From Bacteroidales bacterium (GTDB lineage Bacteria > Bacteroidota > Bacteroidia > Bacteroidales > WRLA01), in contig OZ245940.1 in the NCBI GenBank assembly GCA_965230045.1, positions 1,847,590 through 1,911,589 of the forward strand: a DNA stretch of 64,000 bases. The letters are read 5' to 3'. Of the stretch, positions 40,395-49,914 are shown in pieces. The notes beneath the pieces are model-generated. The model ran no database searches. It was not told the DNA's origin and saw nothing but the letters and a program-made list of their open reading frames with translations. Position 1 is the stretch's first letter; every line of letters begins with the position of its first letter. Made by a program: the position numbers and the translations under genes.

Positions 40395-42713
40395 ATGAGA
40401 CATAAGCTGGTTAAACATACGCTTTGCTTTTTTGCGGTTTTAATATTTTGCACAGCATCAACAGCCCAAACCACCCACTGGCTCAATCCCCTCCCAGCCG
40501 GCAATGAATTTTATGATATTGCTTTTTTTGACGGGCAGCATGGCCTGATGTGCGGCCAATATGGCATGATATGCGCAACAAATGATGGGGGCAGTCATTG
40601 GGAGATTGTTTTTAACGAAGGAAGCAGTTCGCTGAGCCAGATCAATATTGTTGCCCCGGGTCATGCCTTTATTAAAATGGGCAGCAGGCAACTGATCTCC
40701 ACCCATGATTACGGACGGGTGTGGGCAAAGGTGTGTCAATTTCCGGACAGCCTGGGCTTAAAACGTCTGCAAATGCTGGATGCCAGCAGCGGCTATGCAC
40801 TATTGGTACACGCAACAACAAAGAAAACTTTGTTGGGGCAGACTTTTGACGGAGGAAAAAACTGGGAAATTGATTATACGGACAACATCCTGAATGATAC
40901 AGCTACTGTTTCGGATTTGGTTTTTGAAGATATGGCCATTGGGGTATTCCTGACTGCTGAAAACAAAAGGTATTACAGGACTTCAGACAGTTGCCATAGT
41001 TTTGAATATAAAAATTATGAGGATGATGAAAATCTATACAGTTTGGCTAGACAAGGGAATGGAATTTTTTATGCTTTGGGTAAAAAATTTCTTGTTGACT
41101 ATGATAAAGAAGGGAAGGGGTATTCATCTACAATTACAGCCTTTATTATTGAACGCAGTATAGATTTTGGTGTCAATTGGGAAGAAGTTTATTTAAGCGA
41201 AAATTTTCCGGCACTAAGAAATATGAAGACTTTTGGTGATTCGGTAGTATTTGCATATGGTTATTGCAATGATCCTGGCGGTTGCCCCCTTTCATTGATA
41301 AAATCATCGAATGCCGGGAAAGATTGGATAAACGTCCAGGCTATCCCTAGCCTTAATAATATTGGGTATATGCAGCCAAATGTGAAAGGATTTGGAATAT
41401 TAGATGACAAGAAAGCATTTTGTAGTATAACATCCGAGCATATGGAGCTGGACTGGGGGCATGTAAATGCTGTGTTGGAATGTGATGAAGGAAATATCTG
41501 CAAACCTTTGGAGAATAATATTATTGAAAGGGTTGAAGATCTTGAGTTTCAAAATAATCAAATGTATGTGTTATTGCCAAAGGTTTTAATAAAATATGAG
41601 CCACTTGGAAGGGTATGGGATACCGTTTCAAATGAATCCCTCAGTAATCTGGCATTAAAGAGTTTTGCAGTAAATGAAACGAAAATATGTATCCTGGGCC
41701 AGAGTTCCTATAGTGACTTACGCCTGGCTTATACAGGAGATTTGGGCAATAATTGGTGTTCTGTTGACCTTAATATTGGCATAGATTATTTTTATTCGCC
41801 CGTTGTCCGGTTTTTTTCATCAAACAAGGTGTATTTCTATCAAACATATAATTTTGATATAGGAATAAGTCCTGTTTTATTCGGCTTTAACCCTGATGAT
41901 ACATCTTATTTTGAAATCTCACTTCCAAATGTCAGTGCAAACACCATGTTGGACATGCTTTTGAGAGAGGAAGCATTTTATGTTTTCGGAGGTTCAAACG
42001 GAGGAAACGGGGGGTATCATAAATCTACCGATGAAGGCCAGAGCTGGGAATTCGTTAACCTGGGTCTAGAAAAAATTATGCGGGGATTCCTGATAGATAA
42101 TTCTTTGCTTTATGTGACACAGGGGTTTACATATAATGAAAAAGCCTTGCCTGCTGTTTGGTCAGTGGATGTAAATACGGATCAGCTAATAGAGAAGGTT
42201 TTTTCTGCTGAAACAGGTATGATAATGGATATTGTCGAGACAAATAACGACAATCAATATCTCTTAATGGCAATTGCTGAAGAATCGTATATTTATAAAA
42301 GAACAGATGGCACATACTGGGAACGTTTTGGTCCATATCCTTATTTTCAAAGCCTGAAGCTTGATCCGGACGGGCAGCATGTATGGGCTTATGGCAAATC
42401 GGGGCGCATGATGTATATGGGCGAAGAAATGCCGGTTGGCCTTGAGCCGGAACAAAAAAGGGCGGAAGGAATGGCCTTGCGCTCCAATCCGGTAGGCCAT
42501 GCCCTCGAAATAGACCTTAACCTGCAATACTCAGGCGATGCCCTGCTGAGCCTCTATGACCTGAGCGGCAAAACCATGATGCAGCACAAGCTAAAGCTCA
42601 ACGGAAGCCCAAAAGGATATAATTTCAATGTTGGGCATTTAAAACCAGGTATGTATATCCTCAATCTGGAATATGGCGGGCAACGCATTAGTGAGAAGGT
42701 GGTGAAGAGGTAG
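40395..42713 (+). CDS. T9SS-secreted Asp-box beta-propeller protein, copy 3
   Basis: Same N- and C-terminal blocks, divergent centre. Confidence 0.85.
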   Translation: MRHKLVKHTLCFFAVLIFCTASTAQTTHWLNPLPAGNEFYDIAFFDGQHGLMCGQYGMICATNDGGSHWEIVFNEGSSSLSQINIVAPGHAFIKMGSRQLISTHDYGRVWAKVCQFPDSLGLKRLQMLDASSGYALLVHATTKKTLLGQTFDGGKNWEIDYTDNILNDTATVSDLVFEDMAIGVFLTAENKRYYRTSDSCHSFEYKNYEDDENLYSLARQGNGIFYALGKKFLVDYDKEGKGYSSTITAFIIERSIDFGVNWEEVYLSENFPALRNMKTFGDSVVFAYGYCNDPGGCPLSLIKSSNAGKDWINVQAIPSLNNIGYMQPNVKGFGILDDKKAFCSITSEHMELDWGHVNAVLECDEGNICKPLENNIIERVEDLEFQNNQMYVLLPKVLIKYEPLGRVWDTVSNESLSNLALKSFAVNETKICILGQSSYSDLRLAYTGDLGNNWCSVDLNIGIDYFYSPVVRFFSSNKVYFYQTYNFDIGISPVLFGFNPDDTSYFEISLPNVSANTMLDMLLREEAFYVFGGSNGGNGGYHKSTDEGQSWEFVNLGLEKIMRGFLIDNSLLYVTQGFTYNEKALPAVWSVDVNTDQLIEKVFSAETGMIMDIVETNNDNQYLLMAIAEESYIYKRTDGTYWERFGPYPYFQSLKLDPDGQHVWAYGKSGRMMYMGEEMPVGLEPEQKRAEGMALRSNPVGHALEIDLNLQYSGDALLSLYDLSGKTMMQHKLKLNGSPKGYNFNVGHLKPGMYILNLEYGGQRISEKVVKR

Positions 42714-42737
42714 GCGGATTTGAAATTTTTCGGTGAG

Positions 42738-43050
42738 TGTTTTTCTCGCTAAGCCGCAGTGCCGCTAAGTTTTTTTGCGCCTTTGCGTCTTTGCGTGCCA
42801 TGATTAATGATTATTTGTTGGTTCGTGTTTTTTTCTCGCTAAGCCGCAGTGCCGCTAAGTTTTTTTTTGCGCCTTCGCGCCTTTGCGTGCCATGATTGAT
42901 GATTGTTTGTTGGTTCGTGTTTTTTTCTCGCTGAGCTGCAGAGCCGCTAAGTTACTAAGTTTTTTTGCGCCTTTGCGTCTTTGCGTGCCATGATTGATGG
43001 TTATTTGGTGGTTCGTGTTTTTTTCTCGCTAAGCCGCAGGGCCGCTAAGT
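42738..43050. repeat. Tandem 90-98 bp imperfect-hairpin repeats (3 full units and 1 partial)
   Basis: CTCGCT unit starts at 42745, 42835, 42927, 43025; unit CTCGCTAAGCCGCAGTGCCGCTAAG-Tn-GCGCCTTTGCGTCTTTGCGTGCCATGATT...GTTCGTG. Confidence 0.9.
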
Positions 43051-43322
43051 ATTTTAGGACCGGTGTAGATGGAAGATTTTACCGCACAGACGGGGAGACG
43101 AGGTTTGCACGGACTGTTTTTTTGATGCTGAGGGCAAACCGTATTCTCCAGTATTTCTTAGCGCCTTAACGGTTGGATGAAGTCCGCGATGCTTGAACGT
43201 CATTCCGTAGTCATAGGCAAGGCAGGCCTTTGGGTTCGGTAATATACCACACCGAAACAAACACCGAACGCACAACCCCAATCAAAAACCATCATCAAAT
43301 CCAAACTCCTACGCCCTGCTCG

Positions 43323-44522
43323 TTAATACAAAAATCCAAATAACCATAAAGGTATTTTTCTATCATTTCCGTATTCTATTCCATCCGCGGCAATAAATGC
43401 TTTTTCTTCCGGCCAGTTGGCTATTTGCTTCTGACCTTTGTTTTTACCTCCGATTTCAAACAGAAATTTCTGATCTATTAAAAAATCAGCGGAAGAAGGG
43501 TAGTTGAGCTTGTGCTTGTATTTCAGTTGGTTGAGAAAGAAGGTCTCTCGCAAATTTCCAGGGTTTGGATATGCCGGATTTATTGCGAATGCAATATTCG
43601 TGTTTTCAAGAAAAATTTTATCGGGTTTCTGCATACGGCTGATGCCAAAGGAGTCTTTGTAAAGATGGGCAATCAGGTCTGCCTCCTGCAGGTATTGCAT
43701 ATAAGCGATGAGTGTTGTTCTGTTAATGCCAATTTTTTGACTCAGTTTACTTATATTGGGAATAAATGGCGCACTTTCAGAAATGATCAAAAGCAGTTGC
43801 TTGATTTTGCGGGTAAAACCAATATCTACTTTACGTAAAAGGGGAAGCTCAATATCGATGATCAGATTAATAACTTCTTCAATACGAATATGATATGATT
43901 TTGGATCTTCATTGAAAAACGGATAATATCCCTCTCTGAGGTAATGGTCAAAGAATACTAATGGTTTTATTTTATTGACGATGTCTGCGGCAATGTCTTC
44001 ATGATGTTCGATGAGTTCATGTAGCTCATAAACAGGCAAATCCTTATGCTTTAGTAGTTTTAGATATTCCCTGAAAGACAGGCCTTGTAGCTGGTATGTT
44101 AATGCCCTTCTGCTGAGGTCGGCACGTGCATTAAGAATCTCCAATAAGGATGAACCGGTAAAAACAAGATGCAAATCAGGATGGTCGTCATAAATATTTT
44201 TAATTTCTTTTGACCAGTCCGGATATTTATGTACTTCATCAAGAAACAGGTACTTGCCTCCTTTTTTTGTGAAAGTATCGGCGAGATCCACAAGTTTGTG
44301 TTCGGAAAACCAGATATCGTCGAGACTTACATAGAGCACAGAGCTGTCAAGAGGAAGATGTTTCTTTATATACTGAAGCAAAAGTGTGGTTTTTCCTACA
44401 CCCCGGGCGCCTTTAATACCAATAAGACGGGCATTCCAGTTGATTTCGTCCATCAGGCTCCTGCTAAAATCTGTAGAAACCAGCTTGATTTTTTTTCTGA
44501 ATTTTTCAATTAGTGAATTCAT
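43323..44522 (-). CDS. AAA_14/DUF4143-type ATP-binding protein
   Basis: GARGVGKT, LFLDEVHKY, FTGSS, GYYP, RETFF, ADFLID...FEIGGK. Confidence 0.85.
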   Translation of the reverse strand: MNSLIEKFRKKIKLVSTDFSRSLMDEINWNARLIGIKGARGVGKTTLLLQYIKKHLPLDSSVLYVSLDDIWFSEHKLVDLADTFTKKGGKYLFLDEVHKYPDWSKEIKNIYDDHPDLHLVFTGSSLLEILNARADLSRRALTYQLQGLSFREYLKLLKHKDLPVYELHELIEHHEDIAADIVNKIKPLVFFDHYLREGYYPFFNEDPKSYHIRIEEVINLIIDIELPLLRKVDIGFTRKIKQLLLIISESAPFIPNISKLSQKIGINRTTLIAYMQYLQEADLIAHLYKDSFGISRMQKPDKIFLENTNIAFAINPAYPNPGNLRETFFLNQLKYKHKLNYPSSADFLIDQKFLFEIGGKNKGQKQIANWPEEKAFIAADGIEYGNDRKIPLWLFGFLY

Positions 44523-44674
44523 TGTTGTTTATTGTAATGAGCAAAGATAGAATAAATTTGCTTACCATACTAAGCAATTTTTTACTGGGGTTTTGGGGAA
44601 TGATAGTGGGAGAGTTTGAGGATTGCTGAGACGTATCAATTGCGTGGGCATACAGTATTATCCAGTATTTCTTG

Positions 44675-44784
44675 TTGCGCCTTTGCGTACCATGATTGAT
44701 GATTGATTGTTGGTTCGTGTTTTTTTCTCGCAGGGCCGCTAAGTTTTTTGCGCCTTTGCGTGCCATGATTAATGATTGGTTCGT
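44675..44784. repeat. Degenerate copies of the 42738-43050 repeat unit
   Basis: TTGCGCCTTTGCGTACCATGATTGATGATT...GTTCGTGTTTTTTTCTCGCAGGGCCGCTAAG...GCGCCTTTGCGTGCCATGATT. Confidence 0.85.
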
Positions 44785-44839
44785 TTAAGTAAATGTAAAA
44801 GAAAGCATATTAAAATGCAATATAACTGAAAATTCAAGC

Positions 44840-45436
44840 CTAATCTTTCTTCCTCCCCAAGAACCGTATCGTAATCCCTTCGCCATCATGAAAAGAACCT
44901 TCCTTTAAATGGCGTTTGGCTTTTTCGCAATGCAATATCTCCAATCCGGAGAAATCGTACAGGATTTCTTTCTCGGTGTAGAGTAAGTCCGCGTTTTGTG
45001 GCCCCATTTTTCTGATGGGCAGGTTGTCCACATCAAAAACTTCCATAATGATCAGTCCGCCGGGTTTGAGGTGTGCAAGTATTTTTTGGTGAAGGTCTTT
45101 TCGTTGAGCCGGTGGCAGGTGCAGGAAAAAAGAAGCAATAGCGTCAACTTGTTCCGGCCATTCGTTTTTCAGTACATCAGCAATTTGATAATTGATCGAA
45201 ACTTTTTGCTCATGAGCCAGACTCAGGGCTTTTGCTTTGCCTTCGGTACTATAATCCATGGCAAGTACATCCCAACCCAATTTCGCCGCGAAAACCGCAT
45301 TGCGCCCTTCGCCCTCCGCAGGCAAAAAGATGCTGCCATTCTTTGATTTATCCAGACATTGAGCAAACCATTCGTTGGGTCTGGTGCCATAAACGTATTC
45401 TTCTGAAGCAAAGCGCTTGTCCCACATTTCTTTCAT
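44840..45436 (-). CDS. Class I SAM-dependent methyltransferase
   Basis: WDKRF..EEYVYG..PN, PAEGEGRNAVF, LKPGG. Confidence 0.88.
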   Translation of the reverse strand: MKEMWDKRFASEEYVYGTRPNEWFAQCLDKSKNGSIFLPAEGEGRNAVFAAKLGWDVLAMDYSTEGKAKALSLAHEQKVSINYQIADVLKNEWPEQVDAIASFFLHLPPAQRKDLHQKILAHLKPGGLIIMEVFDVDNLPIRKMGPQNADLLYTEKEILYDFSGLEILHCEKAKRHLKEGSFHDGEGITIRFLGRKKD

Positions 45437-45448
45437 ACGTGTCTAAAC

Positions 45449-45486
45449 AAAAAATCAGCCCGAAGGTTTTGGGATCTTTCGGGCTG
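45449..45486 (-). terminator. Terminator after ABC permease
   Basis: CAGCCCGAAG / TTTCGGGCTG stem with adjacent A run. Confidence 0.55.
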
Positions 45487-45552
45487 TAGTTTAACTTTTT
45501 CAATCCTAATCTATGGAAAAGTTTAACCTGAATATTTTGTGAATTATTCAGG

Positions 45553-46374
45553 TTAAAGGTTCTTTTTTTGCAGATATTGATATACGACTCCCAAATACAG
45601 AATGCAATATCCAATGGCAACCAAAACGGGAACCCAACTGACATGGGTTTGTAAAGTAAAGGGCATGTCGGATGAACTGATTTCCACCAGACTGGTATTC
45701 GGGCTGGTGAGGATTGCATTCATGGCGTTTACCGGCAGATAAGGCCAGGCGCTTTCGGGAATGAGTTTATATTGTACAATCAGCTCGATAATCAATACCA
45801 AAAAGAGCGCGCTGATGGCAAATCCTGTTTTTTTGATGAATGTTCCCAAAAGCAGAGCAAAGCTGAGGTAGGTGAAGATCTCGAGCATGTAGCCAAACAG
45901 AAAGGACATTTTCCCAAATATTGCTGCAAGTCCTGTGGTGCTTGAATTCATCAGCCCCAGATAAACTCCGGAAATAATCAGGATGAAAGTAGAGAGCAGC
46001 GTAAGCATCACAGCATACATCACTTTGCCCCAGAAAAATTCCGCGCGTGACATGCCGGAAATTATGTTTTGCCGGATGGTTTTATGGGAATATTCCTGGC
46101 AAACATGGATGATCATAATCATTCCGAGTATGACTTTAATAAAAAAGCGCAGGCTTCCGGCCCAGGTGATATTTTGCCAGATATCCGGGAAATTGAAAAC
46201 AAAATATTTCAACAGTTTGAGCTCATTGGAGCGCGTGGTTTCAGAGATTTCTTCAATGATTTCGGGCAGTCCCCAGTTGATAAGGATCACCACAGTGAAA
46301 TAAATGCCTGTAAGTACCCAAAAGGCTTTAAAATATAATATCTTGCGTAATTCGATGCGTGCTAAGCGTAACAT
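45553..46374 (-). CDS. ABC-2 type permease
   Basis: Six hydrophobic segments; EYSHKTIRQNIISGMSR; follows the ABC ATPase. Confidence 0.85.
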   Translation of the reverse strand: MLRLARIELRKILYFKAFWVLTGIYFTVVILINWGLPEIIEEISETTRSNELKLLKYFVFNFPDIWQNITWAGSLRFFIKVILGMIMIIHVCQEYSHKTIRQNIISGMSRAEFFWGKVMYAVMLTLLSTFILIISGVYLGLMNSSTTGLAAIFGKMSFLFGYMLEIFTYLSFALLLGTFIKKTGFAISALFLVLIIELIVQYKLIPESAWPYLPVNAMNAILTSPNTSLVEISSSDMPFTLQTHVSWVPVLVAIGYCILYLGVVYQYLQKKNL

Positions 46375-46410
46375 GGTAATTGGTCTTTGTTTTGCGAAAA
46401 TATTTTACGT

Positions 46411-47301
46411 CTATTTGGAAGTGATGTCGAGGAAATGTTCTTCCAAACTTTTCTTTTTCAATGCGATATGCTTGAGTATAATGCCCCGTTCAAACATCAT
46501 TTTGTTGATGGCAGCCGGGTCGAGATCTTCGGAAGCGTGGACCTTTATCAGTCCTTTATCTTCGGTAACAGTGGTAAAGATGCCACTTTCCTCACAGGCT
46601 ATTTTCAGCAGATTGAGGTTGTCGGCAGCCAGTTCGAGGCTGGCTTTATCGTTGAGCACTTCCTCAACCGGTCCGTCGAAGAGTTTTTTGCCATTGCGCA
46701 AAACGCAGACATGTGTGCAGAGTTTTTGCACTTCATCCAAAAGGTGGCTGGCCAGGATGATGGTGATGCCTTTTTCGGCAATTTTCAGGATCAGCTCGCG
46801 GGTGTATGCAATACCTTGAGGATCAAGCCCGTTTGTGGGTTCGTCGAGAATCAGTACTTCCGGGTCGCCCAAAAGTGCTGCGGCCAGGGCCAGACGCTGT
46901 TTCATGCCCAGCGAATAGGTTTGGAATTTACTGGATGCACGTTCTTTCAGGTTTACGGTATCCAGGACTTCCATAATCTGGCTTTGTGGTGCTTTTTTGA
47001 TATCGGCGATTACCTGCAGGTTTCTGTATCCTGATAAGTAAGGGTAGAAGAGGGGCTGCTCTAATATTGTGCCGATTTTTTTTCGGTGGTTGTGGGTTGG
47101 GATTTCTCCAAACCATTTAAAGCTACCGCTATCAGATTTTACGACATCGGTGAGCATACCAAGGGTAGTGGTTTTTCCGCTGCCGTTTGGGCCGAGAAAA
47201 CCATAAATATCCCCTCTGTTCACTTTTAAACTCAGTTGATCCACGGCTTTTATGGAACCGAAACGTTTGCTGAGTTTATTAATGCTGAGGATTTCTTCCA
47301 T
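46411..47301 (-). CDS. ABC transporter ATP-binding protein
   Basis: GPNGSGKTT, YSLGMKQR, ILDEPTNGLD, SHLL. Confidence 0.95.
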   Translation of the reverse strand: MEEILSINKLSKRFGSIKAVDQLSLKVNRGDIYGFLGPNGSGKTTTLGMLTDVVKSDSGSFKWFGEIPTHNHRKKIGTILEQPLFYPYLSGYRNLQVIADIKKAPQSQIMEVLDTVNLKERASSKFQTYSLGMKQRLALAAALLGDPEVLILDEPTNGLDPQGIAYTRELILKIAEKGITIILASHLLDEVQKLCTHVCVLRNGKKLFDGPVEEVLNDKASLELAADNLNLLKIACEESGIFTTVTEDKGLIKVHASEDLDPAAINKMMFERGIILKHIALKKKSLEEHFLDITSK

Positions 47302-47313
47302 AATTGGGTGTTT

Positions 47314-49866
47314 TTATAAAGAGATCGTAAAGGAAGCCTTTACGGCAAAGTTTTTTGCATCATCGCCATCGAGGTAGCTGAGCCTGTGAATGGCCTGGAT
47401 ACGGAATATCTTTAAAATATTTTCAACGCCATAACTCACTTCCATATAGGGTTTGTCCCAACTTAGTTGCTTGAATTGCGTAAGTGGCTGGCCTTCATAT
47501 TCAGGGGGCAGCAAACCTTCAGGGTTGTCTTCTGTGCGGATATAGTTTTTCTCGTTATACTGTCCCCACACAAAGTTGAAACCTGCAATAGAACGGAGTT
47601 TCAGTCGCTTCATCAATGGTATTCTATTGAGCAACAGTCCATTAAAGTGATGGAGAAAAATGCCTTCTACGGATTCGTCCACCACAAATTCAAAGAAGTT
47701 CATCAGGTTATAACTGCGTTCAGAGGCAAATGGGGGCTCATTACCTTGCGGGATATTGGCTTCCGGATAAGGTACTTTTCCAAATACCTTGTTGGCGGCT
47801 ACGATATAATCGAGACGTCCCCATAATCCAAGTTGCCATTTACGGCGCACGTTTAGGGATATTTTCTGGAAGGTAAAATCACTGCCCAAAACATTTTTAA
47901 ACCCTAAAGTCAGTTTCGCAGTCCATACCGGAGCCTTGAACATGCCCATGCCCATGCGCCAGTTGTCTTCTACAAGCCAAACCCGTTTGCTGGAATAGCT
48001 TGTCATGAGTGTAACACTACTGATTTTGTATTTGTCGTGCACATTTCCATCATCATCATACCAGGCAAAAACATAACCGCCTTGCGGATTAAATTCATTG
48101 TGGTTCAATGTGATCTTAGAATTCCAGCCGTGCCAGTGGTCGGTTTCATACCATAAACGGTATTCGTGCGAAAGGCTCATGCGCTGCAAATAACCAAACT
48201 GGTTTGAAAGCATAAACATGAAATTAAGGAATACGTGCGATTCGAGGAAGTCGCGGTCGATTCCAAGCCGATCCATATCATAGCGGATATGGCCACCTAT
48301 TTTTCGCCAGCGGTCGCGGTCGAGGAAGTATTCGGCCTCAGCCAGATATTTGAATTTCTCATCTTTGAAGCCATAGGCACCATAACCTTTTAAAATCCAT
48401 TTCTTGCTGAAATCAATGGTAGTTTGGGCGGTTGCCTGTGTACGGAAACCTTCAATTTCATTATAACCAAATAAAGTAAACCAATGGCCAAACTGCACAG
48501 GGCCAACTGTATAATATCCATCCCAAACCGTACGGATTATTTTGCGCAAACGGCTGATTTGCGGGCTTTGCCGCATGGAATCAATGACCGCATAAGATTG
48601 CTCCACCTGTGCAACATCATTTATCATTTTATGGCGGGTGGTATCCCAATAAACCTCATTTTTATTGCGGGCATTGGGATCAATTTCCACATTCTTTTTA
48701 TAAAAATCAAGGTCATAAGGTTCGTTGATCACATAATCTTTGTTGGAAACATAAAATTTTCCGATAAGCCCAATGGAGTTATCGCTGAGTTCCTCCATGT
48801 CCACAAGAATTCTGGAACGGATTGGCATGTATGCACTGTCGCCAACCATATCATAATCCTGTTGGAGCTTATAACGTTCGATGAAGTTGAGGTTTGCAGA
48901 TTTGCCGATTTCGAGATCGAGCCTGCGAAGGGCAAAGGAAGAATCTGCTATCCAGATATTGCCATAAAAAGCCAGGTCCTGTGGGCGTTTTGGCTTTACT
49001 TTAATTTTGAAACAGCTGTCCTGGTCAATCAGGACTGTGTCTATGATATAATATTCATAATATCCAAACCCGCTTAAAGCCAAAGGGCTAACGAAATTTC
49101 GGTCGAAAATCCGAACCCAGTTTTCGTTAAAATTGTAATCCTGAAAAGCACGGGCAAGGAATTTTTCAATAATCTGTGTATTATCTAGTATTAGGCCGGT
49201 AAGCTTATTGGCGTGTACTACCTGTTTTTCTCGTTTTGGATTTTTGAGATAATAATTATCTACCATATTTTCGCTGATAAAGAATGGGATAACCGCCTTT
49301 CCATCACGGCCGGCAGCTACATCCAGACTGTCAAAAATATGTTTGAAGGGCTTCATTGCCTTTGAGTTCTTAAATTTTTCGCTGACTTTATCAATAGATA
49401 CGTCCACTTTCACGTAGCTTTTGTACTCATAGGCATCAAGGCGCTCCTGATTGTAGAATTTTTTCTTTTTCCGCGCGGCCCGGATTATGGGGTGTGCGGG
49501 GTTTTCTCCTGCTTCGATCAGTACTTCGCCAAGTTCAAAAGATGTAGGCTGCAGCTGAAAATTAAGCGTTTGATTACGGTTTTTTTTAATTTTTCGGGCT
49601 TTGGTGATATAACCTACAACCATAACTTTCAGCGAATCACCGGCCATTTGGGTGCTTATGCTGTAGTTCCCGTCAAAATCGGTTGTTGCGCCAACCGTGG
49701 TGCCCGGGAAAAAAACATTGGCAAAAGGAATTGGCTCGGCTGTTTCCGAATCGGTGATTTTTCCCTTAATTTCCGTAACTTGTGCCAGCAAAGGCTGGCC
49801 AATAAGAAGAAAGGCCAAAATAATAAGGCCGTTTGTTAGTTTCTTTCTAAAATTTATTTTTGGCAT
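47314..49866 (-). CDS. DUF5686 outer-membrane protein with N-terminal carboxypeptidase-regulatory-like domain
   Basis: GKITDSETAEPIPFANV...TDFDGNY, ENPAHPII, FVSPLA, YNEIEGFR, PYMEVSYGVENILK. Confidence 0.85.
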   Translation of the reverse strand: MPKINFRKKLTNGLIILAFLLIGQPLLAQVTEIKGKITDSETAEPIPFANVFFPGTTVGATTDFDGNYSISTQMAGDSLKVMVVGYITKARKIKKNRNQTLNFQLQPTSFELGEVLIEAGENPAHPIIRAARKKKKFYNQERLDAYEYKSYVKVDVSIDKVSEKFKNSKAMKPFKHIFDSLDVAAGRDGKAVIPFFISENMVDNYYLKNPKREKQVVHANKLTGLILDNTQIIEKFLARAFQDYNFNENWVRIFDRNFVSPLALSGFGYYEYYIIDTVLIDQDSCFKIKVKPKRPQDLAFYGNIWIADSSFALRRLDLEIGKSANLNFIERYKLQQDYDMVGDSAYMPIRSRILVDMEELSDNSIGLIGKFYVSNKDYVINEPYDLDFYKKNVEIDPNARNKNEVYWDTTRHKMINDVAQVEQSYAVIDSMRQSPQISRLRKIIRTVWDGYYTVGPVQFGHWFTLFGYNEIEGFRTQATAQTTIDFSKKWILKGYGAYGFKDEKFKYLAEAEYFLDRDRWRKIGGHIRYDMDRLGIDRDFLESHVFLNFMFMLSNQFGYLQRMSLSHEYRLWYETDHWHGWNSKITLNHNEFNPQGGYVFAWYDDDGNVHDKYKISSVTLMTSYSSKRVWLVEDNWRMGMGMFKAPVWTAKLTLGFKNVLGSDFTFQKISLNVRRKWQLGLWGRLDYIVAANKVFGKVPYPEANIPQGNEPPFASERSYNLMNFFEFVVDESVEGIFLHHFNGLLLNRIPLMKRLKLRSIAGFNFVWGQYNEKNYIRTEDNPEGLLPPEYEGQPLTQFKQLSWDKPYMEVSYGVENILKIFRIQAIHRLSYLDGDDAKNFAVKASFTISL

Positions 49867-49914
49867 GAGTTATGCAATTCTTATTCTAAATCTATTTTTG
49901 CAAAAAAGATACAA

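Noticed and set aside
33929-42713. Diversity-generating retroelement acting on the paralogues
   Set aside because: No reverse transcriptase in the window, and differences in shared blocks are not adenine-specific (e.g. GCC/TCC, GAC/TAC).
42738-43050. Possible CRISPR array
   Set aside because: Intervening segments are near-identical rather than unique spacers, units are 90-98 bp, and no cas genes are in the window.
42981-43281. Short ORFs of 62 and 75 aa
   Set aside because: One translates the repeat and neither shows a recognisable motif.
44506-44766. 86-aa ORF MARKGAKNLAALRE...
   Set aside because: Read-through of the repeat and the ATPase promoter region.
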